DNA of 64,000 bases from a bacterium (GTDB lineage Bacteria; Omnitrophota; Gorgyraeia; Duberdicusellales; 4484-171): positions 10,329 to 74,328 of the forward strand of contig JAJYOP010000007.1 in NCBI GenBank assembly GCA_021796115.1. The letters run 5' to 3'. The notes beneath the pieces were generated by a model. It saw only the letters and a program-made list of their open reading frames with translations. It made no database searches and was not told the DNA's origin. Of the stretch, positions 1 through 10,003 are shown piece by piece. The position numbers were made by a program, and so were the translations under genes. Position 1 is the first letter of the stretch. Each line of letters opens with the position of its first letter.

Positions 1-994
1 AAAAATAGATGCTGCGAATCTTCCCGTTGCAAAGCTTGGCGATTCCGATAACCTGAAAATTGGCAAATGGGTAGTCGCCATAGGAAACCCTTTTGGCTTT
101 GCCATCGAAAACCCCGAGCCGACAGTTACGGTAGGCGTAATAAGCGCCCTTCACCGTTACATTCCTGCCTTGGGGAGAAGAGAGAGAAGCTATGATGAGC
201 TTATCCAAACCGATGCAGCGATAAATCCCGGAAATTCCGGCGGCCCCTTGGTTAACCTTGACGGCGAAGTTATCGGAATAAATACCGCGATAATTTCTGT
301 TTCCGGAGGTTACCAGGGTTTAGGTTTTGCTATACCCATCAATAAAGTAAAAAGAGTGCTTGATAAATTAATGAAGGGCGAAAAAGTTACTTATGGCTGG
401 CTGGGCATAAACATCCAGGATTTAAATGAGGATTTAAGAAGTTATTTCGGCATAAAAGAAGCAACCGGTATAATTGTCGTAAAGGTCTATAGCGGTTCAC
501 CCGCAGAGAAAGCCGGCATAAAAGAAGGGGATCTTATTCTGGCATTTGATAATCAGCCGGTCAAAGCGTCAAGAGACCTAATCCGCATGGTTGCTTCCTA
601 TGAAGTCGGCGCTGAAGTGCCGATAAAAATCGTACGCGACAAGAAAGAAATTAATCTCAAGGTAAAAATCGGCGAAGGTCCGAAAGATTTAAGTAAATTA
701 GAAGAGTCACAAGCCCAAAAAAAGCGCACGACTTTTAGAGGTATTGCGGTAGATGATATCACGCCTGTGCTTAAGCAAAGATTCAGATTAAAAGAAGACG
801 AAGGCGTAATTGTAACTTACATCGAAGATAATTCTCTTGCTGACAAGAGCACTTTAAGCGTTGGAGATGTAATCAGTAAGGTAAACGGCAAAGAAGTTAA
901 AAACAAAGAACAATTTATTTACGAAATCTCGAAAATAAAAGGAAGCTGGCTTTTAAAAACCAACAGGGGTTTCGTTGTCATTAAAGAAAAATGA
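1..994 (+). CDS. htrA: HtrA/DegP-family periplasmic serine protease, 5'-truncated by the window edge; the reading frame starts at nt 2. Trypsin-like domain plus two PDZ domains.
   Basis: The frame is open from nt 2 ([33 protein letters not shown]...). GNSGGPL catalytic-serine motif; PDZ-like regions ([20 protein letters not shown]). Confidence 0.85.
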   Translation, partial: KIDAANLPVAKLGDSDNLKIGKWVVAIGNPFGFAIENPEPTVTVGVISALHRYIPALGRRERSYDELIQTDAAINPGNSGGPLVNLDGEVIGINTAIISVSGGYQGLGFAIPINKVKRVLDKLMKGEKVTYGWLGINIQDLNEDLRSYFGIKEATGIIVVKVYSGSPAEKAGIKEGDLILAFDNQPVKASRDLIRMVASYEVGAEVPIKIVRDKKEINLKVKIGEGPKDLSKLEESQAQKKRTTFRGIAVDDITPVLKQRFRLKEDEGVIVTYIEDNSLADKSTLSVGDVISKVNGKEVKNKEQFIYEISKIKGSWLLKTNRGFVVIKEK

Positions 995-1120
995 CGAATT
1001 CCTAATGACAAATGGCTAATTAATGCCGAATTCTCAAATGTCTAAATAAATGTTTAGGCCTTAGGCATTTAAACATTAATTAGGCATTCGGAATTTGTCA
1101 TTAGTCATTCAAGAAAAGAA

Positions 1121-1588
1121 GTGCAAGATTATAATAAAGCTTTAAACTATTCATATCTTCTTTTAAAATATAGGCTCAGAAGCAGGCATGAGATTATTGA
1201 ACGTTTAGGCAAAAAGAACTACCCCTCTTCAATTATAGATAAGGTTTTGAGTTCTTTAGAGAATGACAATTATATAAATGACGAAGAATTTTCCCGTCTG
1301 TTTGTTTCTTCTTGCCGCGCGAAGGGCTGGGGAAGAAAAAAAATAGATTACGCGCTAAAACGTTTAGGCGTGGCCGAAAATTACCGGCGAGAGGCGTTAA
1401 AAGATAAACAAGTTTTTAAAGAAGAGCTTAAAGAGCTAATTGCAAAAAAACTTCCCCGCTACAAGCAAGGGAAAAATGCTTACCAGAGAATGATAAAATA
1501 TTTAGCGGCAAGAGGCTTTGATTACAGCGATATAATAAAGGAGCTAGAGAATCTAGATTTTACGAGGTTCGATAATTACAGCGATTAA
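1121..1588 (+). CDS. recX: Regulatory protein RecX (GTG start)
   Basis: 155-aa protein with three-helix repeat pattern typical of RecX (YLLLKYRLRSRHEIIERLGKK ... DEEFSRLFVSS ... IDYALKRLGV); sits immediately upstream of alaS as in many bacteria. Confidence 0.6.
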   Translation: MQDYNKALNYSYLLLKYRLRSRHEIIERLGKKNYPSSIIDKVLSSLENDNYINDEEFSRLFVSSCRAKGWGRKKIDYALKRLGVAENYRREALKDKQVFKEELKELIAKKLPRYKQGKNAYQRMIKYLAARGFDYSDIIKELENLDFTRFDNYSD

Positions 1589-1597
1589 ATTATCGAA

Positions 1598-4237
1598 ATG
1601 AAATCCAACGAGTTACGCAAAAAATATTTAAAATTTTTCGCGAAGAAAAATCACAAGATTTTTCCTTCAGACAGCCTTATCCCTGACGATCCAAGCGTGC
1701 TTTTTACGCCGGCAGGGATGAATCAATTTAAATCCTACTTTTTGGGCGAAAAGACCGATGTTAAGCGGGTAACATCTTCCCAGAAATGCCTGCGCGCCGG
1801 CGACCTTGATGAAGTCGGCCGCACGCCGTACCATCACACTTTTTTTGAAATGCTCGGGAATTTTTCTTTCGGCGATTATTTTAAACGGGAAGCCATCCAA
1901 TTTGCCTGGGAATTCCTGTCTTGCGAATTAAACATGAAGGAAAAGGATATTTGGATTTCCGTTTACAAGGATGATAATGAAGCGTATACGATATGGAAAA
2001 ATGAAATTGGCATACCGGCACAAAAAATAGTAAAACTTGGCGAAGATAAAAATTTCTGGCCGGCAAACGCACCGACAAACGGCCCCGATGGCCCTTGCGG
2101 TCCATGCTCAGAAATATTTTTTGACCGAGGCTCTAGCGTTGGCTGCGGTAAGTCTACCTGTAGCCCAGCCTGCGGCTGCCCGCGTTTTGTTGAATTCTGG
2201 AACCTGGTTTTTACCCAGTTTAACCGCCAGGGTGTAAATAATTTAAAACCATTGCCGCAGAAAAATATCGATACTGGCATGGGCCTTGAGAGAATGGCTG
2301 CGATATTACAGGGTAAAGTTTCGAATTTTGAAATCGACATCCTTGAACCGGCAGTTACCTTTGTTGTAAAATTTCTTAAAGCAGATATCAGTAACCCCAG
2401 AGATAAAAGTTTCGTTAATGCCATAGTTGACCACGCAAGAGCTGCAACTTTTGCAATTTGTGACGGCGTTTATCCTTCAAATGAAGATCGAGGCTATGTT
2501 ATCAGGAAAATTATCAGAAAAGCTTTGTACCATGCGCATATTTTAGCCAAGAAAGAAGCGTTTTTATATAGAATGGTGGAATTATATGCCGAACTCATGC
2601 AGGAACCATACCCTGAAATCGGCTCAAAGAAAAACGTAATTGCCAAAGTCATACGCACAGAAGAAGATAAATTCATTTCTAGTTTAAAAGATGCTGAATC
2701 GCAATTTTTCCTGATTGCCAAAAATCTGGAAAAAAATAAGAGCGATACGGTTCTAGCAGGGGATGTATTTAAATTGTATGACACTTATGGCCTTCCGCTT
2801 GAGCTGACCAAAGAAATGGCAGCAAGATCTTTGCTTAAAATTGATGAAAACGGGTTCAAAAAACTTCTTAGCATTCAGCAAGAGCGTTCAAGAAAAAGCA
2901 GTATGTTTGACGAAAATATATTTAAGGCAGAGGGTATAATTTTTAAAGAAACAACGGAATTTACAGGTTATGGCGAAAGCGAGATTAAAACGAAAATCCT
3001 GCATATGGTAAAGCTTGAGGCGGACAATGTTTCAAAGAGCGCCGAAGTAAAAGAGTTAGACACCGGCGAAGAGGGGGTAATTGTTTTAGATAAAACATGT
3101 TTTTATCCGGAAGGTGGCGGCCAATTAACCGATAAAGGGAAGATTTCTACGAAAGACGGAGAATTTTTAGTCGATAAAGTTTTTCGCAGCGCGCACGCTA
3201 TCCTTCATAAAGGGAAAGTTACCAGAGGAAAAATTTCTAAAACCACAGTTCACGGTTCGATAGATTTACAAAGGCGCCAGGCATTGAAAAGAGCGCACAC
3301 AGCTACGCATCTGCTTCAGGCTGCCCTGCGCAAAGTCCTCGGCGAGCATGTTATGCAGCAAGGCTCATTAGTTGATGAAGACCGTCTTCGTTTTGACTTT
3401 ACTCATTTTAAGGCGCTTGCTGAAGAGGAATTAAAACGCGTGGAAGATATTGTTAACGGGTTTGTGCTTGATTCAGACAAGATAATTAAGGAAGAACTTT
3501 CTTACAAAGAGGCAAAATCCCGCGGTGCGCTTGCATTTTTTAAGGATAAATATAAAGATACCGTCCGCGTAGTTTCTATAGGAAGTTACAGCAAAGAGCT
3601 CTGTGGCGGCACACACCTTGATTTGACTTCCGAGGCAGGTACGTTCATGATAGTTAGCGAGTCGTCAATTGCCAGCGGCATAAGAAGAATTGAGGCAATA
3701 ACCGGAAAAAAGGCTTACGAAAAAATTAAGGAATATAAAAATATTCTTTTGAATTTATCTGAAAAGGTAAAATGTCCTGTCGAAGAACTCATAAATTACT
3801 TTGAAAAACAGGAAAAAGATTTAAAAGATGCCAGAGCGGCTCTTTCTCTTAACGAAAAGCAAAACATCTCAGCTAAACTTAAAGAGGCATTGCAATCCAA
3901 AAAAGAAATCAACGGGATAGACTATCTGGCTTATGAATTGAAAAATACCAGCGGAACAGGGCTCATCGAAGCTTCGGATATATTAAGAAAAGAAATTCCG
4001 GAATTATTCATTCTGCTTATTTCTGAGGCTAACGGGAGAAATGTCTTTGTCTGTTCGGTAACCAAGGCCCTCCTTGAGAAGGATATCAGTGCCGCAAAAT
4101 TCGTTTCCTCGTATAAAGACGAATTACAACTTCGGGGCGGTGGCAAAGACGCGCTTGTTCAGGGAGTCATAACTAACAGGCTAGAGGATTTTTTAGTAAA
4201 AGCGGAAAACTGTATCGTTAAATTTTTGACAAAATAA
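1598..4237 (+). CDS. alaS: Alanine--tRNA ligase
   Basis: 879 aa; N-terminal class II core (LFTPAGMNQFK, FEMLGNFSFGDYFK), editing-domain HxxxH/CxxxH region (HTATHLLQAALRKVLG...CGGTHL), C-terminal DHHA1-like part. Confidence 0.95.
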   Translation: MKSNELRKKYLKFFAKKNHKIFPSDSLIPDDPSVLFTPAGMNQFKSYFLGEKTDVKRVTSSQKCLRAGDLDEVGRTPYHHTFFEMLGNFSFGDYFKREAIQFAWEFLSCELNMKEKDIWISVYKDDNEAYTIWKNEIGIPAQKIVKLGEDKNFWPANAPTNGPDGPCGPCSEIFFDRGSSVGCGKSTCSPACGCPRFVEFWNLVFTQFNRQGVNNLKPLPQKNIDTGMGLERMAAILQGKVSNFEIDILEPAVTFVVKFLKADISNPRDKSFVNAIVDHARAATFAICDGVYPSNEDRGYVIRKIIRKALYHAHILAKKEAFLYRMVELYAELMQEPYPEIGSKKNVIAKVIRTEEDKFISSLKDAESQFFLIAKNLEKNKSDTVLAGDVFKLYDTYGLPLELTKEMAARSLLKIDENGFKKLLSIQQERSRKSSMFDENIFKAEGIIFKETTEFTGYGESEIKTKILHMVKLEADNVSKSAEVKELDTGEEGVIVLDKTCFYPEGGGQLTDKGKISTKDGEFLVDKVFRSAHAILHKGKVTRGKISKTTVHGSIDLQRRQALKRAHTATHLLQAALRKVLGEHVMQQGSLVDEDRLRFDFTHFKALAEEELKRVEDIVNGFVLDSDKIIKEELSYKEAKSRGALAFFKDKYKDTVRVVSIGSYSKELCGGTHLDLTSEAGTFMIVSESSIASGIRRIEAITGKKAYEKIKEYKNILLNLSEKVKCPVEELINYFEKQEKDLKDARAALSLNEKQNISAKLKEALQSKKEINGIDYLAYELKNTSGTGLIEASDILRKEIPELFILLISEANGRNVFVCSVTKALLEKDISAAKFVSSYKDELQLRGGGKDALVQGVITNRLEDFLVKAENCIVKFLTK

Positions 4238-4338
4238 AGATGTTATCGCGGATGCAAACGAATGGTTACGGATGTCACGGATTAATCCGTTGAATCCGCT
4301 ATAATCCGTATGAATCCGTGTTATAAAAAAATAAAGCT
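4238..4338. promoter_or_regulatory. hisD upstream region with phased CGGAT / ATCCG repeat array
   Basis: cGGATgcaaacg..aCGGATgtcaCGGATtaATCCGttgaATCCGctataATCCGtatgaATCCGtg; about 10-bp spacing, three direct then four inverted copies. Confidence 0.4.
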
Positions 4339-5562
4339 ATGAGAGTAGTAAGAAACATCGAAAGCCTGGAAAAAGCCTTGCTTAAAAAACGTAATTGCAA
4401 GGGTAATATTACCGAGAAGGTATCCAAAATAATTAAAGATATCGAAACGCGCGGGGATGACGCGCTTTTAGAATACACAAAGAAGTTCGACAAGGTAAAA
4501 TTACAGGCAAAAGAGTTAAGAGTGAGCGAATCAGAAATCAGCGCCGCATTCAATGAGCTCGATTCCTCAATAATATCGTCATTTAAACTCGCGATAGATA
4601 ATGTAACCAAATTCTATAAAAAAGAAGCGCCGCAATACATTAAGCGCATTAAAGAAAGTAACGGGAAGGTTTTGATAAACCGTTATGTGCCGCTTGAAAG
4701 AGTAGGGGTATATGTTCCGGCAGGAACCGCGCCGCTTATTTCAACCGTTTACATGGCGGTGATACCGGCTTTAGTTGCGGGAGTAAAAGAAATAGTCTTA
4801 GTTTCGCCGTTACGGAAAGATAAAACCGTAAACCCATTCATACTTTCTGTGGCTTCACTTTTAAAAATAAAAGAAATTTACCGCATTGGAGGAGCTCAGG
4901 CTATAGCCGCGCTATCCTTTGGTACAAAAACCATAAAGCGCGTAGATAAAATAATCGGTCCGGGCAACGAATTTGTTACCGAAGCTAAACGCCAGCTTTT
5001 CGGCAAAGTTGATATTGATATGCTTGCCGGGCCGTCAGAAGTCGTAATTATTGCTTCAAGAGGAGCAAACGTTGACTATATCGCTGCAGATTTAGAAGCC
5101 CAGATAGAACACCATAAAGGCATGGGGGTTGTTGTTACTAATTCAAAGAAAATCGCTAAAGAATTAAGTAAAAAGAAAATAAAAGGTTTTGTCGTAAGGG
5201 TAAAATATCTTGAAGAGGCCTGTGAGGTGGCGAATAGAATCGCGCCGGAACATCTTGAAATTTTTACTAAAAAGCCATCAGGTATTTTAAGGAAGATTAG
5301 AAATGCCGGGGCAATATTCCTGGGAGAAAATACGCCAACAGCGCTGGGTGATTATACTGCAGGGCCCAGCCATATTCTTCCTACAGGAGGAAGTTCGAGA
5401 TTCTTTTCGTCGCTTTCAACGAAAGAATTCCTTAAAGAAATACATATAATCAGTTATACAAAAAAAGCTCTTCAGGAAGAAGCGCAGGTTTTAGAAAAGA
5501 TCGCCTCGCTTGAAGGTATGACAAAACACATCGAAAGCGTTAAGAAAAGATTGATAAGCTGA
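4339..5562 (+). CDS. hisD: Histidinol dehydrogenase
   Basis: 407 aa; conserved HisD blocks ([50 protein letters not shown]). Confidence 0.9.
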   Translation: MRVVRNIESLEKALLKKRNCKGNITEKVSKIIKDIETRGDDALLEYTKKFDKVKLQAKELRVSESEISAAFNELDSSIISSFKLAIDNVTKFYKKEAPQYIKRIKESNGKVLINRYVPLERVGVYVPAGTAPLISTVYMAVIPALVAGVKEIVLVSPLRKDKTVNPFILSVASLLKIKEIYRIGGAQAIAALSFGTKTIKRVDKIIGPGNEFVTEAKRQLFGKVDIDMLAGPSEVVIIASRGANVDYIAADLEAQIEHHKGMGVVVTNSKKIAKELSKKKIKGFVVRVKYLEEACEVANRIAPEHLEIFTKKPSGILRKIRNAGAIFLGENTPTALGDYTAGPSHILPTGGSSRFFSSLSTKEFLKEIHIISYTKKALQEEAQVLEKIASLEGMTKHIESVKKRLIS

Positions 5563-5592
5563 TATTTTATAGATTTATAAGAGGAGCGGGCT

Positions 5593-6141
5593 ATGAAAAA
5601 AAGATCCATAGGTGTTACTATATTCGGCTGGTGGTGTATTATTTGCGGAGCATTAGGAATTTTTAGCTTCCCCATAATATTACTGATGGCAAAATTGCCT
5701 CCAAGCTATATGTATCCGAATAATATTTTTATAGGACAGTGCTCGAATATTTTTTATATCCTCTATTTATCTATAGCCACCATTGCGAATTTAGTTGCCG
5801 GAATAGGCCTTCTTAAATTAAAATCGTGGGCAAGGAAACTGGTAATCATTCTTTGCTTGGCAGGGATGGTGTACAGTATTTCCTTTTCCGTTAAAATGAT
5901 GATGAACTCTTCGCAATTCATAGAGGCATCATTGTCAGCCAACGCCCTGCCGAAAAATAGTTCGCCAGGAACAATAGAAGCGATGAAAGCATTTATGCAA
6001 GTTATTCTCGTTGGTTCCATGGTTGTAGGGATATCAATTGGCATAGGTTTCCTTATCTTTATTATCTGGTTTTTTAACCGCAAAAGCGTAGTAGAACAAT
6101 TCGAAGTCGATAATAAAGTCTCAGCCATGGAACAGAAATAA
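5593..6141 (+). CDS. Hypothetical polytopic membrane protein embedded in his operon
   Basis: 182 aa, 4-5 predicted hydrophobic helices, strong SD (agaggagcgggctATG); no recognisable domain. Confidence 0.5.
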   Translation: MKKRSIGVTIFGWWCIICGALGIFSFPIILLMAKLPPSYMYPNNIFIGQCSNIFYILYLSIATIANLVAGIGLLKLKSWARKLVIILCLAGMVYSISFSVKMMMNSSQFIEASLSANALPKNSSPGTIEAMKAFMQVILVGSMVVGISIGIGFLIFIIWFFNRKSVVEQFEVDNKVSAMEQK

Positions 6142-6158
6142 TTTAATCAAGGAGAAAA

Positions 6159-6794
6159 ATGGCAAAGACAGCAAAAAAAACAAGAAAGGTAAAAATAGCC
6201 AGAAAAACAGCGGAAGTAAACATACAAGGTGAATTTAACATTGATGGTTCGGGCAAAACCAATGTTAAAACTCCTTTTGAACCGCTCAATCATTTGCTTA
6301 CGCTTTTTGCTTTTCATGGTTTGTTTGATTTGAATTTGCAGGCCAAAGGCGATTTAGAGCACCATATTATCGAAGATATCGGCATTGCCTTGGGAAAAGC
6401 TTTTAAGGATGCGCTTGGAGATAAAGCTGGCATAAACAGGTCTGCTTCGTTTTCTATGGCTATGGACAGGGTTGTTGTTGAAGCAAATGTAGATATAAGC
6501 GGAAGGCCAACATTACATCAAGCAAGGGGAAAAGGTAATCCAGACTTTGCGGATATTTTAGAACGTGAAAGGTTTGATAATACTAACTTTAGTTTTAATG
6601 ATGCAAAAGAATTTCTTGAGGCATTTGTCCAGCATGCAGGGATAAGCCTTGTCTATGATATCAAATCAGCAGAGGGAGATTTGCATCATCTTCTTGAAGC
6701 CTTGTTTAAAGCCCTGGGTAAAGCTTTAGATGAGGCTACCAAAATCGATCCACGCAGAAAAGGCATACCGTCCACGAAGGGAATAATTGATTAA
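6159..6794 (+). CDS. hisB: Imidazoleglycerol-phosphate dehydratase
   Basis: RKTAEV...TPFEPLNHLL..HHIIEDIGIALG...SFSMAMD; IGPD fold motifs; SD aaggag upstream. Confidence 0.85.
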   Translation: MAKTAKKTRKVKIARKTAEVNIQGEFNIDGSGKTNVKTPFEPLNHLLTLFAFHGLFDLNLQAKGDLEHHIIEDIGIALGKAFKDALGDKAGINRSASFSMAMDRVVVEANVDISGRPTLHQARGKGNPDFADILERERFDNTNFSFNDAKEFLEAFVQHAGISLVYDIKSAEGDLHHLLEALFKALGKALDEATKIDPRRKGIPSTKGIID

Positions 6795-6857
6795 ATTATA
6801 ATTCAAATCATCTGTGAACATCTCGCGATTTTTATCTGTGTTAATCTGTGGAAAAAT

Positions 6858-7469
6858 ATGATTGTAATAATTGATTACGGAATGGGGAATTTAAGGAACG
6901 TGAAGAAAGCCTGTGAGTTTCTTGGCTCATCTGCTAAAGTAAGTGATTCTCTTTCTGTGATCAAAAAAGCAAAAAAAATCATTTTCCCCGGTGTCGGTAA
7001 TTTCGGCGAGGCAGTAAGAGAATTAAAGAAAAGAAAAATATTCGATACGCTTATCGAAGCTGCCGAAAGCAATGTGCCTTTTTTTGGCATTTGCGTAGGG
7101 ATGCAACTTCTTCTTGAGGGTAGTGATGAAGCTCCGGGAGCAAAAGGCCTTGGGCTTTTAAAAGGAAAAGTTAAAAAATTTAATGCCAAAAAAATGATTG
7201 TCCCGCATATGGGCTGGAACCAGGTCAAAATCAAAAGTAACGCAGACAACGGATTGTTCAGCAATATTAAGGATGGGAGTTATTTTTATTTCGCACACTC
7301 TTATTATTGCGATATCAAAGATAAAAAAACTATTCTTGCCACTACTAAATACGGTGTAGATTTTGTCTCTAGCTGCAATAAAGAAAACATCTGGGGTGTG
7401 CAGTTTCACCCGGAAAAAAGCCAGAAATTAGGCTTAAAGCTGTTCGAAAATTTTCTTAAACTATGTTGA
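6858..7469 (+). CDS. hisH: Imidazole glycerol phosphate synthase, glutamine amidotransferase subunit
   Basis: MIVIIDYGMGNLRNV... GICVGMQLL ... HSYY .. FHPEKS; class I GATase triad. Confidence 0.85.
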   Translation: MIVIIDYGMGNLRNVKKACEFLGSSAKVSDSLSVIKKAKKIIFPGVGNFGEAVRELKKRKIFDTLIEAAESNVPFFGICVGMQLLLEGSDEAPGAKGLGLLKGKVKKFNAKKMIVPHMGWNQVKIKSNADNGLFSNIKDGSYFYFAHSYYCDIKDKKTILATTKYGVDFVSSCNKENIWGVQFHPEKSQKLGLKLFENFLKLC

Positions 7470-8182
7470 TAATTCCAGCAATTGATTTATACGATGGGAA
7501 AGTTGTCCGGTTTGTGAAAGGCTCACCGGCCCACTCAACAACCTACAGCGGCAATCCGGTTTCTATCGCGCGTAAATGGAAAGAAGAAGGCGCAAGAGTT
7601 CTTCATATTGTAGATCTTTCCGCGGCATTAGGAGAATCCGATAACGCAGATATCATTGAGCATATCATCAAGGAAATCGATATCGATATCGAAGTGGGTG
7701 GAGGAATCCGCGATGCCGGAAAAGCGTTACGTTTTAAAAGGGCCGGCGCCAAACGGATAATCGTGGGAACAAAAAGCTTAGACGATAATTTTTTAAAAGA
7801 ATTCTTAAGTGCTTTGGGTAAAAATGCCTTAGCCGTGAGCGTTGATACCAAAGATGGTTTTGTGGCAACCAGAGGTTGGCAGGAAAAGAGTAAACTTAAA
7901 CCAATAGAGTTTATAGAGAAAATTATTGCTCTCGGCATAAGGTGGATAATTTATACCGATATATCCAAAGACGGAACCCTTGAAGGATTAAATTTTAAGG
8001 CTTTAAAAGAGCTTTCCGTTTTTAAGGGTGTAAATTTCATCGCTTCCGGCGGCGTCTCTGGTCTCTCTGACCTTAAAAAAGTCAAAGAAGAGCTTCCCTT
8101 TATCTGGGGTATAATCTCCGGCAAAGCCCTTTATGACAATAAGTTAACTTTTGCCGAAGCAAATTCATTCCTGGAGAAATAA
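7463..8182 (+). CDS. hisA: ProFAR isomerase (HisA)
   Basis: MLIIPAIDLYDGKVVR... (HisA-type N-terminus), GGGIRD, ASGGVS motifs; start overlaps hisH stop. Confidence 0.8.
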   Translation: MLIIPAIDLYDGKVVRFVKGSPAHSTTYSGNPVSIARKWKEEGARVLHIVDLSAALGESDNADIIEHIIKEIDIDIEVGGGIRDAGKALRFKRAGAKRIIVGTKSLDDNFLKEFLSALGKNALAVSVDTKDGFVATRGWQEKSKLKPIEFIEKIIALGIRWIIYTDISKDGTLEGLNFKALKELSVFKGVNFIASGGVSGLSDLKKVKEELPFIWGIISGKALYDNKLTFAEANSFLEK

Positions 8183-8200
8183 CATAATAATTATGTAACC

Positions 8201-9633
8201 CCAAAGTGATAATGTCCCTTTTGGGCAAAGTAAAAATGTCCCCTTTTACAATTGCTATAATATCTCTCGAAGGAGGGTATTATGGCAAAGAGAGGCATTA
8301 TCACAATGAAGCAGGAGGAACTAAAACGGCTCTACATCGTCCGTCAGGTACTGGATAAAAAGCTAAAACAGGTAGAAGCAGCGGATAAGCTTGCTTTGAG
8401 CTACCGTCAGACTAAACGAATAACTAAAAGAATAAAAGAAGAAGGCGATAAGGGAATAGTTCATAAATCAAGAGGTAAGCCCTCCCATAACCGTATAGCT
8501 CTTAAGATAAAGAATAAAGTAATCAATCTCTGCAGAGATAAATATAAAGGCTTTGGCCCTACCCTAGCTACAGAAAAGCTCTTTGAAATCGAAAAGATAA
8601 GGCTTAGCGATGAAACTCTTCGGAACTGGCTCACCCAGGAAGGCCTTTGGCAGCGCAAGCGCAAACATAAAGAATACCGCGCCTGGCGCGAACGCAAGCA
8701 CCGTTTCGGAGAAATGATTCAGTGGGACGGCTCGCATCATGCCTGGCTTGAAGATAGAGGCCCCTGGTGCGTGTTGATCAGCCAGATTGACGATGCTACC
8801 AATAAGAAATCCGGACAGTTCTATCCTTACGAAGGAACTTTGCCTGCCTTCTCAAGCCTTAAACAATACATAAGACGCTACGGCATACCCCATAGCATCT
8901 ATTTAGACAGGCACACAACGTATAAATCAAACAAGAAGCTCTCAATTAAAGACGAACTGAATGACAGAGAATTCTTAAGCCGGTTCGAAAGAGCCGCCAA
9001 GGAATTAGGCATAACCATAATCCATGCCAATTCTGCTCCGGCTAAAGGAAGAATCGAGCGCTCTTTTAAAACCGACCAGGATCGCCTGGTCAAGGAAATG
9101 CGCCTTGCGAATATAGCTACCATTGAAGAAGCCAATAAGTTCCTAAAGAAATACTGGCCTAAACATAACAAAAGATTCAGCGTAAAATCCATAGAAGAAG
9201 GCAACCTGCACAGGCCGATACCCGAGGGCACAGACTTAGACGCTATCCTTTGCAAAAAGACCGAGCATGTTTTAAGAAACGATTTTACTGTCGGCCATAA
9301 CAAGAAGTTCTATCAGATACTGGATAAGGCGATAGGCAAAAGCGTAACCGTCGAAGAAAGAATAAATGGCGCCCTTTATATTACTTACAACGGCAGGAAG
9401 CTTAAATACAAACAGGTAAAGGCCAGGCCAAAACAGAATAAACCAAAGCTTAAACTAAAGAACAGAGTTAAACCGTCCATGGAACACCCCTGGAGGAAAC
9501 CTTACGGTAAAAAGACGACAGCTTACGGAAAAGCGCTCTATCAAAATAAAAGCTATACCGAGGAATTAGTATTATCAGAGGTCTAAAAAGAGGCCATTTT
9601 AACTTTGGTAAAAAAGGGACATTTTAACTTTGG
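8201..9633. mobile_element. Insertion sequence (~1.43 kb) with ~22-bp terminal inverted repeats carrying a single transposase gene
   Basis: IRL ccaaagtgataatgtccctttt (8201-8222) vs rc of 9612-9633 ccaaagttaaaatgtccctttt (about 20/22 identical); additional subterminal ATGTCCC/GGGACAT copies at 8236-8243 and 9661-9668; single DDE transposase ORF inside. No clear target-site duplication seen. Confidence 0.6.
8282..9586 (+). CDS. IS481/ISNCY-family DDE transposase (N-terminal HTH + rve integrase core)
   Basis: 434 aa; HTH-like N-terminus, MIQWDGSHHAWLEDRGPWCVLISQIDDATNK..., YLDRHTTYKS ..., IHANSAPAKGRIERSFKT (D, D, E catalytic region of rve fold); flanked by inverted repeats. Confidence 0.8.
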   Translation: MAKRGIITMKQEELKRLYIVRQVLDKKLKQVEAADKLALSYRQTKRITKRIKEEGDKGIVHKSRGKPSHNRIALKIKNKVINLCRDKYKGFGPTLATEKLFEIEKIRLSDETLRNWLTQEGLWQRKRKHKEYRAWRERKHRFGEMIQWDGSHHAWLEDRGPWCVLISQIDDATNKKSGQFYPYEGTLPAFSSLKQYIRRYGIPHSIYLDRHTTYKSNKKLSIKDELNDREFLSRFERAAKELGITIIHANSAPAKGRIERSFKTDQDRLVKEMRLANIATIEEANKFLKKYWPKHNKRFSVKSIEEGNLHRPIPEGTDLDAILCKKTEHVLRNDFTVGHNKKFYQILDKAIGKSVTVEERINGALYITYNGRKLKYKQVKARPKQNKPKLKLKNRVKPSMEHPWRKPYGKKTTAYGKALYQNKSYTEELVLSEV

Positions 9634-9641
9634 CTTGACAA

Positions 9642-9766
9642 CTCGCATTATAGTTGTTGACATGTCCCAAAATAAGCGTAATATAAAAATACTTTGATAA
9701 AAGAAGATTAGCATTCTTGAGCCGTAAGGTTGGGAGGAACTAACCTTACGGTTTTTTTGTTTATAT
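9642..9766 (+). promoter_or_regulatory. Sigma70-like promoter (TTGACA-16-TAATAT) followed by a hairpin+U-tract, in the leader of cspA at the IS right flank
   Basis: ttgacatgtcccaaaataagcgtaatat; then ccgtaaggttgggaggaactaaccttacgg + ttttttt at about 9722-9766, within ~35 nt of the cspA SD. Confidence 0.4.
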
Positions 9767-9796
9767 GGGGCGTAAATCCATTAGGGGGGGGTAAAG

Positions 9797-10003
9797 ATGC
9801 ATACAGGTAAGATTAAAAAATTAATAAAAGACCGCGGTTTTGGTTTTATCAGCGATACGGACGGCAACGAAGTATTTTTTCATAAGAACAGTTTAATTGA
9901 TGTCCAATTTGAAGCCTTGGCCGAAAACCAGGCAGTGGAATTCGAAACGAAAAAAACCCCAAAAGGATCAAACGCTATCAACATTCGTATAGCAAATGAA
10001 TAA
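9797..10003 (+). CDS. cspA: Cold-shock protein (CspA family)
   Basis: 68 aa, GKIKKLIKDRGFGFI...VFFH (RNP1/RNP2 motifs of cold-shock domain); SD ggggggg upstream. Confidence 0.9.
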   Translation: MHTGKIKKLIKDRGFGFISDTDGNEVFFHKNSLIDVQFEALAENQAVEFETKKTPKGSNAINIRIANE

